Assembly: GCA_043778225.1 (NCBI GenBank)
Contig: JAYWGM010000101.1
Coordinates: forward strand, 32,001-96,000
Reading direction: 5' to 3'
DNA: 64,000 bases
Source: Deinococcales bacterium
GTDB lineage: Bacteria; Deinococcota; Deinococci; Deinococcales; JAAFIG01
Under the pieces are notes generated by a model. That model worked only from the letters and a program-made list of their open reading frames with translations. It was not told the origin of the DNA and did no database searches. This document shows positions 28,780 through 37,451 of this stretch, piece after piece. The first letter of the stretch is position 1, and every line of letters starts with the position of its first letter. The position numbers and the translations under genes were made by a program.

Positions 28780-30899
28780 CCCGCCTAATCATGATTTTTA
28801 TTTGCTTTTTCTTGAGTGCTGCCCGAGCCGAAACGCTCGAAACCCAAGACACCGCCCAATTATGGCAAGCTGCCCAAGCCGTGATGCTCGAGGTGGCTGG
28901 TCAAAAAATACCAGAAAACCCCGAGCCAGATGGTTTACGTGGCATTGTGGCATGGTTGCTCGAGCAGGTGGCTCGACCGCCGCCAGCTTGGTTTTTGGGC
29001 GGCGTTATTCAGGCTCAGGCGGGTTTAACTTTGCCCGATACTCGAGCAGCAGCGCGACGCATGGCGTGGCTACAAGCTAGGCAATTCCCAAGTTTAGCCG
29101 ATTTGAACCTGTCGGTTAGTAGCAACGCTTTTGAGTCTCGAGCCGAGTTTGGCAGGGCTTTTGCTGAGTATTTAATCCAGCGTTGTGGGCTAAATAAACT
29201 TAAAACCATCCTGAAGTTTTTTTATGCCAATTGGAGTTTATCCGATGCTTTCTTCGAGGTGCTGGGCGTTCGGCTTGAGCAATTATTTGAGGATTGGCGG
29301 GTTCTCGAGGTTAATCGTGCCACCCAACAAGCTGACCAACTCGAGGCAACTGGCTTACCGACTGGTGAGGTGGTGGCACAGGATTTGGGTACAACCGTTT
29401 GGCTTTCGGATACGGATTTCATCACTGTTCAAAGCACTGGCTTGTACCGTGGGCAAATCAATCAACCCAAGCTCGAGTTGCTGGCTCGTTTACCATCCGT
29501 ACCATCGCGCCTGAGTTTGGCGACCGATGGTGCTTTAATTTACTCGAGACCTCGAGCTTACGGCACAATTTCTGGCGAAGTCTTTCGGTTTTTGAATGGT
29601 CAAGAACAACAACTGACCATTGGCGCAAATTCCACCGAGGCTGTGGCAGATGGTGCGTGTGTTATCTATGCTAAAGCCGCCTCGAGCTTATGGCATTGGT
29701 GCAACGGTCTGGAAAAATTGCTTTGGACTGCCCCAAAAGGCTGGCGCATTGGGCATTTGGCGGCTCGAGAAAACAAAATTGCCATGACCGTGGTTCGTGG
29801 CACTTTTTGGGATATTGCAGTGCTGCAAAATGGCGTTCTCGAGTTGCAAACCTCAGATTTAGCCCACGATGAAACACCGATTTGGCTCGATTCAACAACC
29901 CTACTTTACTCGAGTGACCGCCTTGGCACACCGCAACTTTGGCGCATTCGGCTGGGCGAAAAAGCCAGCCAACAAGTCACCGCCATTCTGGGTGGTGCAT
30001 TTGACCCCAAGCTGCTGCCAAACGGGTTGTACAGTTTCTCGAGCTTTGCAGGACTTGGTACAGAAACCCGCTTGGTCAGTCTCGAGAACGGTCTTGCTGT
30101 CGCGCTTGAGTTTTCGCAAACCCAAATTCCCAATAGCCCAGTCCCAAGCCCCTCAAGCCTGCTGCCAGATATTGGTATTGGTTTCTCGAGCGGGATTGGA
30201 TTAGAAGCTAAAGGCAACAATGGTGTTTTGGCATATCGTCTGGCTGGCGGTTACGACTTATTTGGTGTGGCTGGTTTTGGCGCGGATTTTTCCTTGCGTT
30301 TTGCGCCATTCCAAGGCTGGCAATTGACCGCCAACGGCAGCAGCAATCAGGCTCGAGGCTATGGCATTTTGGCTCGAGTGACATGGTCTGGGACTGGCGA
30401 AATTTTTACGCAAAGGGTCGGCGTGGTGTTTTCGCCGTTTATCACGCTCGATAATGGTCTACCAATTGTTTGGTTTGATTTTGGGCTGGGGGCTGGCTCG
30501 AGCGACGCTTGGGGCTACATCACCCAAAACTGGCAACTTTCTACCCGAATCAACAGCCAAGCCCAATACAGCCTTGGTCTAGGTCTGGCTGATTCTCTGG
30601 CAGGCGCGACCTTCGAGACCAGTTTGGGCGCTTCTGGCACATTGGGGGCTGCGCCAGTCTTGTCAGCACGTTTGGCGGCTCGAGCCTCCTTGCCTATCTT
30701 TTGGCGCTTTGGTGATGGTGTGCTGAGTTTTGAGCGCTTGACGTTCTACACTTCTGGTTCACTCTCGAGTCGAGAAGTGGCTTTTTGGTTGCAAATTCTG
30801 CTGGATGGCGTACTGAATTACAACACGGTTTTTACACTTGGACTCGAGCTTGGTTACTCGAGTCGCGGCGCATGGGTCTTTGGGCTTGTCTGGCGCTAA
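28776..30899 (+). CDS. Secreted protein with TolB/PD40-like propeller and beta-barrel-like C terminus
   Basis: GTGA overlap start, signal peptide, PIWLD..LLYSSDRLGTPQLW, amphipathic beta-strands ending WVFGLVWR. Confidence 0.6.
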   Translation: MTRLIMIFICFFLSAARAETLETQDTAQLWQAAQAVMLEVAGQKIPENPEPDGLRGIVAWLLEQVARPPPAWFLGGVIQAQAGLTLPDTRAAARRMAWLQARQFPSLADLNLSVSSNAFESRAEFGRAFAEYLIQRCGLNKLKTILKFFYANWSLSDAFFEVLGVRLEQLFEDWRVLEVNRATQQADQLEATGLPTGEVVAQDLGTTVWLSDTDFITVQSTGLYRGQINQPKLELLARLPSVPSRLSLATDGALIYSRPRAYGTISGEVFRFLNGQEQQLTIGANSTEAVADGACVIYAKAASSLWHWCNGLEKLLWTAPKGWRIGHLAARENKIAMTVVRGTFWDIAVLQNGVLELQTSDLAHDETPIWLDSTTLLYSSDRLGTPQLWRIRLGEKASQQVTAILGGAFDPKLLPNGLYSFSSFAGLGTETRLVSLENGLAVALEFSQTQIPNSPVPSPSSLLPDIGIGFSSGIGLEAKGNNGVLAYRLAGGYDLFGVAGFGADFSLRFAPFQGWQLTANGSSNQARGYGILARVTWSGTGEIFTQRVGVVFSPFITLDNGLPIVWFDFGLGAGSSDAWGYITQNWQLSTRINSQAQYSLGLGLADSLAGATFETSLGASGTLGAAPVLSARLAARASLPIFWRFGDGVLSFERLTFYTSGSLSSREVAFWLQILLDGVLNYNTVFTLGLELGYSSRGAWVFGLVWR

Positions 30900-32398
30900 C
30901 GCTGCCCGATTTGTAAAATCCCAAGGCACATCTCATCCACTGTACCTTCGCCCCAAACGGTGTAGCGCGGTTTGACCCGAGTACCACCAATTTCGGGTTG
31001 AACTTCGGGTGCATTATCGTATTGGCAGGTCACCCGCACTTGGTCGCCGTTTTGTAGGTCTATCGGCTTCTCGAGCCAGTAACTGCTCTGCCAATGGAAA
31101 TCCCAACGTGGAATCTCGAGGATCGTTTGACTTTTGTTTTCGCGGACTAGCTCGAGTTTAATCGCTTGCCCAAGCAAGTGCATATGTCCAAGCATCCCGT
31201 AAATAGCCAGCTTGGCATCTGGGGCTAAACGCATCGGGAAAGTGCATTTGTTAATCACTTTTCCAGCCGAACCAGAAGTAAATTGCTCGAGGCTGCTGCC
31301 GCAGAAATTAACAAAAACTGGATTTTTGAACAATGCCGAAGTCCCATCGCCCATGCGGGAGGCTCGAGCATAGGCAGCATCGCGGTGGCATGGGTCGGCT
31401 GGGTCGGTTGGGTATGCGCCAAGGCATGGAATTTCGACTGGTGCAAGGATAATCCCCGAGTTCAGACGTTTGATTGGGGCTTCTTTGGGGGCAAAGTACA
31501 ATTCGGCTTTGCTTTGGTCAGAACCTTTACCACCAAGTAAATTGTAATGCAGTTGCAAAACCAGCACATCGCCGGGATTGATTTGTGTGCCAGTACCTTG
31601 GGGGTAATCAACGCTGCCCTGTCCGGGTGCCCAAACGCCAACAATGTTGGGCGTGCCAAGGTTATTGCCCGGTCCACCAAAACATGGGTAGCCAAGTCGT
31701 CCATCGGTGGCTTTGTTCTCGAGTTGTACTGCACTTTCGGCTTTGGTCTTGTCTATTTGAAAAATAACCACATGATGCACAATTTTTTTGTTGGCTGGCA
31801 CGATGTTATAGGCATTCATAAAACGCGATTCGGACAATTTAGGGTCAAAAATAAAGCAGCGATATTCGTCGGTCAGGCTGGCATCGGGCAGAAACTCCGA
31901 TTTTGGGCTTAAAACCATGTCGGGTTGGCGTTTTTGGCTGCTCGAGACGGCTTGGGTTGCCACAACTTTACCAAGCGGCGCACCCGCCCACGCCCAATTG
32001 GCAATAATTGCAATTTCATCGGGGCTAAGGCGTTTATCATGCCACAAGGCTGGGGTTGAACCACCCGCCGTGACTGGCGGCATATATTTACTCTGTACGG
32101 CTTTTTGGATGGTGCGTGCCATCGGGGTCACTTGGGCGGCGGTCTCGAGGGCAAAAGGTCCAATGTTGCCAGCGCTGTGGCAACCAACACAACTGCGATC
32201 CAAAATTGGTTTGACGTGTTCGTAATACTTAGGGATATACGACAACAACGGCGGCTGGGCTTGCTGCATCAGCACGGGCTTACCATGCCCGTGCTTAGAG
32301 CGGGTTTCGGATGCGCCATTGTTCTGGGTTGCACCCCAAACCACGCCGCTTGCAATCAGGGTTGCGACCAAGCCCAACGACCAAATTCTCGAGTTCAT
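30896..32398 (-). CDS. Copper type II ascorbate-dependent monooxygenase-like protein with c-type heme motif
   Basis: Signal peptide, CVGCH, DEYRCF, VHHVV, QLHY, HMHLLG, WDFHWQ, DEMC. Confidence 0.85.
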   Translation of the reverse strand: MNSRIWSLGLVATLIASGVVWGATQNNGASETRSKHGHGKPVLMQQAQPPLLSYIPKYYEHVKPILDRSCVGCHSAGNIGPFALETAAQVTPMARTIQKAVQSKYMPPVTAGGSTPALWHDKRLSPDEIAIIANWAWAGAPLGKVVATQAVSSSQKRQPDMVLSPKSEFLPDASLTDEYRCFIFDPKLSESRFMNAYNIVPANKKIVHHVVIFQIDKTKAESAVQLENKATDGRLGYPCFGGPGNNLGTPNIVGVWAPGQGSVDYPQGTGTQINPGDVLVLQLHYNLLGGKGSDQSKAELYFAPKEAPIKRLNSGIILAPVEIPCLGAYPTDPADPCHRDAAYARASRMGDGTSALFKNPVFVNFCGSSLEQFTSGSAGKVINKCTFPMRLAPDAKLAIYGMLGHMHLLGQAIKLELVRENKSQTILEIPRWDFHWQSSYWLEKPIDLQNGDQVRVTCQYDNAPEVQPEIGGTRVKPRYTVWGEGTVDEMCLGILQIGQR

Positions 32399-32459
32399 GC
32401 CCAAAGTATAGGGACTGGTTGTCAGGGCAATATGAAACCCGAGCCACAGTTGATGAGCT

Positions 32460-33050
32460 TTAGGCAGCTCGAGCCGCTTTGATAAAGGCTTTTATTTTGG
32501 CGGTGTCCTTGATTCCGGGGGCGCTTTCTACGCCACTGGCAACATCCACGCCCCACGGGCGGAGTTGCTGGACTGCCAAACCAACATTTTCTGGGGTTAA
32601 GCCGCCCGCCAGCAACCAACGCCGATTTTGTAGGCTCGAGGTGTCCATGCTTGCCCAATCAAAAACTGCTCCAGAACCAGCCTCGAGACCATCAAGAATC
32701 AGGGTTTGGGCTGGTGGAATAACCATTCCAGCTTGATACCCAACCGCTCGAATGACTGGAAAATGCGCCTCGAGACTTGCTACAAAATCATCAGTTTCGT
32801 GTCCGTGTAATTGCACCGCGCTGAGTTGCACCAGCCGAGCCGTGTGCAAAATTTCCTCGAGTGAAACATTTCTAAAAACGCCAATTCTCGAGACCAGCCC
32901 ACTGACTTGGCTCGAGATTCGCGCCGCGTTGACTGGCAAAATATAACGCTTAGAACTTGGTACAAAATTAAAAGCGATCGCATCCGCGCCGGCTTCTTCG
33001 CACACTAAGGCATCCTCGAGTCGGGTGATGCCACATATTTTAATTCGCAT
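32460..33050 (-). CDS. trpF: Phosphoribosylanthranilate isomerase
   Basis: IKICGIT, VQLHG, GSGAVFDW, LAGGL.PENV, GVDVASGVE. Confidence 0.96.
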   Translation of the reverse strand: MRIKICGITRLEDALVCEEAGADAIAFNFVPSSKRYILPVNAARISSQVSGLVSRIGVFRNVSLEEILHTARLVQLSAVQLHGHETDDFVASLEAHFPVIRAVGYQAGMVIPPAQTLILDGLEAGSGAVFDWASMDTSSLQNRRWLLAGGLTPENVGLAVQQLRPWGVDVASGVESAPGIKDTAKIKAFIKAARAA

Positions 33051-33060
33051 GGGTTTTAGT

Positions 33061-34299
33061 CTACCGTTTCATTTGTTGCAGTGGCGAATTCCTGATTGCC
33101 CACAAGGCTGGGAGTAGCGCAAACACCAAGGCGACTGGAATGACAATTGCCACCCGCAAAATATCCTCGAGTTTTGGCGACATTCTGGGCAAGGTCACAG
33201 CCGTCTGAAGCTCGAGCCATTGTTGGGCAAGGCTGGTTGCCAAGTAAGCCAAGGCTAAACCCAACAGCACCCCAAGCAGGGTAATAACCAGTGCCTCGAG
33301 AAAGACCAAGACCACAACTTGGCTTTTGCTTGCCCCAATAGCGCGTAAAACTGCCAAGTTGCGCTGCATGGTTTGACTGGCACTGAGGGTGTTAATCGCA
33401 ATCGTTAAAATTGCCAAAAATAAAGCCAACCAAATAATCAGGGTATAGGCTTCTTGCCCTTGCCCCATAAAACTAAACAATTGCCCAATCACTTGACCGG
33501 GAAAAACCCCCTGTGCCAATTGCCCTTGATTCAGTTCGTTTGCCAGTTGGTAGACATAGCCAAGTCGGGTGGGTGTCCAAAGAATTGCCGTGACCTCTTT
33601 GTCGCCTTCAGTGTGTTCGCCTTGGTGGTCTTGGTCTAGGGCGGTTGTTTCCAATGCCTCTTCTTCTTCGTGCAAATGCCAGACCGCCTCGAGTGGCACA
33701 AAAATCCCTCGGTCGCCAGCCGCACCGCTTGGCTCGAGAATACCAACCACCTTAAATTTATCGTCGTGTTCCTCTGGTTCAAGGGTCGGCGTTACACCAT
33801 GCTGGCTTTTGAAGGTATCGCCAATGTTTAAGCCACTGATTTTAGCAGCCTGTGCGCCAAGCACCGCATCGAATTCATCCTCAAAAACTGTCCCTCGAGC
33901 CAAACGGTACAACGCGGCTTGGGTCTGGGAAGGTCGTAGCTCAAAGAAATCTTTGTTTGTACCCAAAATAGGAAAGCCGTTGTAATTGTCGCCAAAGGCA
34001 AGTGGAATGGCTTTCTTGGTGCGTGGGTCTTGCTGAAGTTTTTCAAAAATGCTGTACGGGATATTGCCAAGTGGTGCTTCTTGTAAAAAAATCGTATTTA
34101 AGACCGCTTGGCTTTGACTGCCTTTGGCGGTAATCAATAAATCAAAACTGTTGGCAGCCCGAATTACACCCTCACGGAAGCTCGAGAGCAGCAACGGCAC
34201 AGCCAAACCCATCAGCGCCGCGACGGCAATTGCCAGCACCGTCAGGCTATTGGCGGCGGCTCGAGTCCGCAGATTGCGCCAAAGCAGCCAGCCTGTCAT
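33061..34299 (-). CDS. ABC transporter permease (MacB/FtsX family) with His/acidic loops
   Basis: AKGSQSQAVLN, PLAFGDNY, LAVLRAIGA; EEHDD and HQGEH loops. Confidence 0.88.
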   Translation of the reverse strand: MTGWLLWRNLRTRAAANSLTVLAIAVAALMGLAVPLLLSSFREGVIRAANSFDLLITAKGSQSQAVLNTIFLQEAPLGNIPYSIFEKLQQDPRTKKAIPLAFGDNYNGFPILGTNKDFFELRPSQTQAALYRLARGTVFEDEFDAVLGAQAAKISGLNIGDTFKSQHGVTPTLEPEEHDDKFKVVGILEPSGAAGDRGIFVPLEAVWHLHEEEEALETTALDQDHQGEHTEGDKEVTAILWTPTRLGYVYQLANELNQGQLAQGVFPGQVIGQLFSFMGQGQEAYTLIIWLALFLAILTIAINTLSASQTMQRNLAVLRAIGASKSQVVVLVFLEALVITLLGVLLGLALAYLATSLAQQWLELQTAVTLPRMSPKLEDILRVAIVIPVALVFALLPALWAIRNSPLQQMKR

Positions 34300-34976
34300 G
34301 CTTTGACCCCACATTCTATTTTGTTCTCGATGGCAGCCATCACCACAGGATCATGGGTCGCAACAATCAGGGCTGTGCCTTGTTCGGCACAAATTTCACG
34401 CAGCAATGCTAATGCAAGCTGACTGCGACTTGCATCCAAATGGGCGGTTGGTTCATCGGCTAAAATCAGTTGCGGTTGCCCCGCCAAGGCTCGAGCCAAC
34501 GCCACGCGCTGCCGTTCGCCTGTGGATAGCTGGGTTGGTTTTGCCCAAAAGCGCGGCATTTGCACCCGCTCGAGCAAGGCTTTGGCTTGGCTTTGGGCTG
34601 CACCAAGTTTTGAACCCGTTAGACCAAAAGCCGCCATCACATTCTCGAGGGCGCTGTAGCCTTCGAGCAGATAAAAATCTTGGAATAAAATCGCCACTTT
34701 TTTACGGCGGTGCAATTCGAGTTGGGTCTGGTTGGCTTGCTCGAGGTTTGTGCCAGCCACCAAGGCTTGCCCAACCACAGGCACTAAGCCCGCCAGTGCG
34801 TGCAAGGCAGTGCTTTTTCCACTGCCAGAAGCCCCAACCAGCGCCAGTTCTTGCCCTGCACCAAGTTGAATATCTGGTAGTGCCACGCGGTAATCGCTCG
34901 AGTACGCCACAGAGGCGTTGGCAAGGCTGACCATTGGCACACTGGCAACCTTATTATTTAATTTCGCTGTATTCAT
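34296..34976 (-). CDS. ABC transporter ATP-binding protein
   Basis: GASGSGKST, LSTGERQRV, ADEPT, ATHD. Start uncertain (34976 or 34934). Confidence 0.92.
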   Translation of the reverse strand: MNTAKLNNKVASVPMVSLANASVAYSSDYRVALPDIQLGAGQELALVGASGSGKSTALHALAGLVPVVGQALVAGTNLEQANQTQLELHRRKKVAILFQDFYLLEGYSALENVMAAFGLTGSKLGAAQSQAKALLERVQMPRFWAKPTQLSTGERQRVALARALAGQPQLILADEPTAHLDASRSQLALALLREICAEQGTALIVATHDPVVMAAIENKIECGVKA

Positions 34977-35382
34977 CGGCATAAATCCTGACCAAGCTGA
35001 CAAAACCAGTCTCGGGGTCTTCCTTTGTACCAACCTCGAGCCGCCCGCGAATTCGGACTGGATAAGGGCTGGCAGTCACTTCTTTGCCTTTGGGCAAATA
35101 GACCAGCACAATATCGGCTGCCCAATCGGCGGCACTCGAGCAAAAAGGACAAGTTGCCATTGGGGCTTTGGTCAGCACAAAAAAGTCAAGGCGTGGACGA
35201 AGCGGCGGTGCCATATAGCCTTTCATTTCGATACGTTTACCGTTTAACTGCATGGTTTTACTCGAGAATTCCATACCGCGAATCGAAGTATTGTAGAGTT
35301 CGTTAAAGGTCATGGGTTGGGCGGTAGGCTGGGCAAATGCCACACCAAAAAACATCAGCATAGACAAAAAAAGGCGTTTCAT
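34954..35382 (-). CDS. Secreted OB-fold protein (DUF3299-like)
   Basis: Signal peptide, LNGKRIEMKGYMAP, FVLT..P...CPFC. Confidence 0.65.
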   Translation of the reverse strand: MKRLFLSMLMFFGVAFAQPTAQPMTFNELYNTSIRGMEFSSKTMQLNGKRIEMKGYMAPPLRPRLDFFVLTKAPMATCPFCSSAADWAADIVLVYLPKGKEVTASPYPVRIRGRLEVGTKEDPETGFVSLVRIYADEYSEIK

Positions 35383-35393
35383 GCAGTTTAGTT

Positions 35394-35410
35394 TGTCAGA
35401 CAATCGTCAG
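35394..35410 (-). promoter_or_regulatory. Pho-box-like 11-bp-spaced direct repeat
   Basis: CTGACGATTGTCTGACA (minus strand); 16/17 identical to 37277-37293. Confidence 0.6.
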
Positions 35411-35425
35411 CTTTTTGTCTGGCAT

Positions 35426-35457
35426 AAAAAACCCTCCCCAAAACTGGGGAGGGTTTT
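35426..35457 (-). terminator. Intrinsic terminator after the alkaline phosphatase gene
   Basis: AAAACCCTCCCCA / TGGGGAGGGTTTT stem with a T-run on the minus strand. Confidence 0.8.
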
Positions 35458-35486
35458 CGAGAAGGTATCTTTTGCTTAGGCGAAAA

Positions 35487-37244
35487 TTACTTGGCTTCGC
35501 GCAGTGGGTCTACACCAAGGGCTTTGACGATGCCAAAGAAAACTTCGGTGTTGTCAATGCTGCCCTTAAAGTGTTGGCTGCCAGGACCCCACGCAAAGAG
35601 TGGAATTGGGTCAACGCTGTGCGGACCACTGTTTCCACCAATGTTACCACCAGTTAAAACGCCACCAGCATTGGCTGGGTTTGGAACAAGGGTTGTGCCT
35701 TGGGCAGCCACCGCAACAAATGGTTTGTCGCCGACCAAGAAATTAGCAAAGTGGGCTGGGGCTGCGCCGTAACCAATGGCTAAACCAATATCGGTTCGTG
35801 CCAATGGCAAACCATTGTTGTCTCGAGCATTGTGGTAGGTCGGAAAGCCGTATTGTTCGTACAAACCAACACCAGCAGCTGTACCTGTGGGGCTACCTGC
35901 ACCCGCAGCTGTGTTGTATGTACCAAAGGTGCTGTTGGTGTGGGCGTGGTCGGCAGTCGTTAGAATCAGGGTGTCATTGCGCTTTTTTGCCCATTCTTTG
36001 GCTTTGCCAACCGCAACATCCATTTCGATGGCATCCCAAGTGGCGCGTTGCCAATCGAGGGCGTGTTGCAAGACATCGGAGTTGCTGCCTTCAACCACAA
36101 GCATAAATCCATTTGGGTGCAGTGCCTCGAGACTTTCGATGGCTTTGTTGGTCATGTTCCAGAGCAAAGGTTGGTCGTTAAATGCACCAAGCACGTCTGG
36201 GTTCTTAAATTGGGCGCGGTCAAGGTAGGCGTTCATCCAAGCCAACTGAAACAGACCAAGCACTTTACCCGGTTTGGTTGCCTCGAGTTCTTTGGCAGTG
36301 CTGGCAAATTGGTAGCCGGCTTTTTGGAACTCACCAATCATGTCGCGCTCGTTTTTACGGCGTGAACCTTTTGTGGCTTTAGGAATAAAGTCTTGGCTAC
36401 CGCCACCCATAATCACACTTGGACGAGCGCCAGAATCGAACATTTGTTCGACAATTTCGCTGTAGTTGCCACGGCGACGGGTATGGGCTAACCAACCGGC
36501 TGGGGTAGCATCCGACAAGTAGCTGGTGGTGACCAAACCAAAGCCATAATCGCGGGTGCGCTTGAGGATTTCAAAAAGGTGTTCTTGCTTAGGGTCATCA
36601 AATTGGTCAGCAGTGTTATCTGGGTAAGAACCCAAACCGTTGTTGCTGGCTTTATGACCAGTGCTGAAAGCACTGGCGCTGTTGGCGCTGTCGGTCACTA
36701 ATCCATCTAAACCACTGGTGTGAACAGTGGCAACGCTATCGGCTTTTTCCATGTTCAGAAAGTCGCGTGGTTTGCCATTTTCGATGCCGTGCATGACGAT
36801 ACGAGCCGCCGTCACGGTATTCCAGCCCATGCCGTCGCCAACAAAAACAATCACATTTTTAGGGCGCTTACCCGATGCCATGCCGCGCACCGATTCGTAG
36901 TTGGCTTGGCGTACAAAAACACCCGAGTCGTCTACACCACGGGCGATAACCTCGACTTTACCAGTGGTTTTAAGCATCACATCGCGCACCATAAAGTTTT
37001 GAACTCCGGCTGCACCCGCCGACATCTCGAGTTTCTTACCAAAAACTTGCTCTGCATTGCGTCCGTTGACCGTGATTGCCACTTCACGGGCTGTGCCTTT
37101 TAATTCCGACAACTCGACCCGAAAATCAAACTTTGCGCCAGCCAAAAACTTTGCACCTTGCACCGGCAGAATCGTGACCTTTGCGGCTTCAACGCCACTG
37201 GCGAGCAGGGCTGTTCCAAGAATTCCAAAAACTATTTTTTTCAT
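35487..37244 (-). CDS. Alkaline phosphatase (PhoA family) with extra N-terminal domain
   Basis: Signal peptide, NVIVFVGDGMG, TDSANSASA, DATPA, TADHAH, IDNTEVF. Confidence 0.93.
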   Translation of the reverse strand: MKKIVFGILGTALLASGVEAAKVTILPVQGAKFLAGAKFDFRVELSELKGTAREVAITVNGRNAEQVFGKKLEMSAGAAGVQNFMVRDVMLKTTGKVEVIARGVDDSGVFVRQANYESVRGMASGKRPKNVIVFVGDGMGWNTVTAARIVMHGIENGKPRDFLNMEKADSVATVHTSGLDGLVTDSANSASAFSTGHKASNNGLGSYPDNTADQFDDPKQEHLFEILKRTRDYGFGLVTTSYLSDATPAGWLAHTRRRGNYSEIVEQMFDSGARPSVIMGGGSQDFIPKATKGSRRKNERDMIGEFQKAGYQFASTAKELEATKPGKVLGLFQLAWMNAYLDRAQFKNPDVLGAFNDQPLLWNMTNKAIESLEALHPNGFMLVVEGSNSDVLQHALDWQRATWDAIEMDVAVGKAKEWAKKRNDTLILTTADHAHTNSTFGTYNTAAGAGSPTGTAAGVGLYEQYGFPTYHNARDNNGLPLARTDIGLAIGYGAAPAHFANFLVGDKPFVAVAAQGTTLVPNPANAGGVLTGGNIGGNSGPHSVDPIPLFAWGPGSQHFKGSIDNTEVFFGIVKALGVDPLREAK

Positions 37245-37276
37245 GTTGCCTCCGAGCGCTGAGCCTAAGCGCACGA

Positions 37277-37432
37277 TGTCAGGCAATCGTCAGGAAACCA
37301 CGTTATAGACAGCTTAGTTTAATGATAATGAAAAACTATTATCATTAAAAACAAGCTCGAGACTCAAGAAAGCAACAATAGACCTGAAACTCGGCTGACA
37401 ATTGCGCTGTCTAATGATAAAGGATTCTCAAT
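37277..37432. promoter_or_regulatory. Divergent promoter region with Pho-box-like repeats and Fur-family-like palindromes
   Basis: CTGAC-N6-CTGAC(A) at 37277-37293 (minus) and a variant at 37384-37400 (plus); perfect 12-bp IR at 37318-37349; AATGAWAAA-NN-ATTMTCAWT at 37327 and 37413. Confidence 0.6.
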
Positions 37433-37451
37433 TGTGACACAAGGAGCATTT

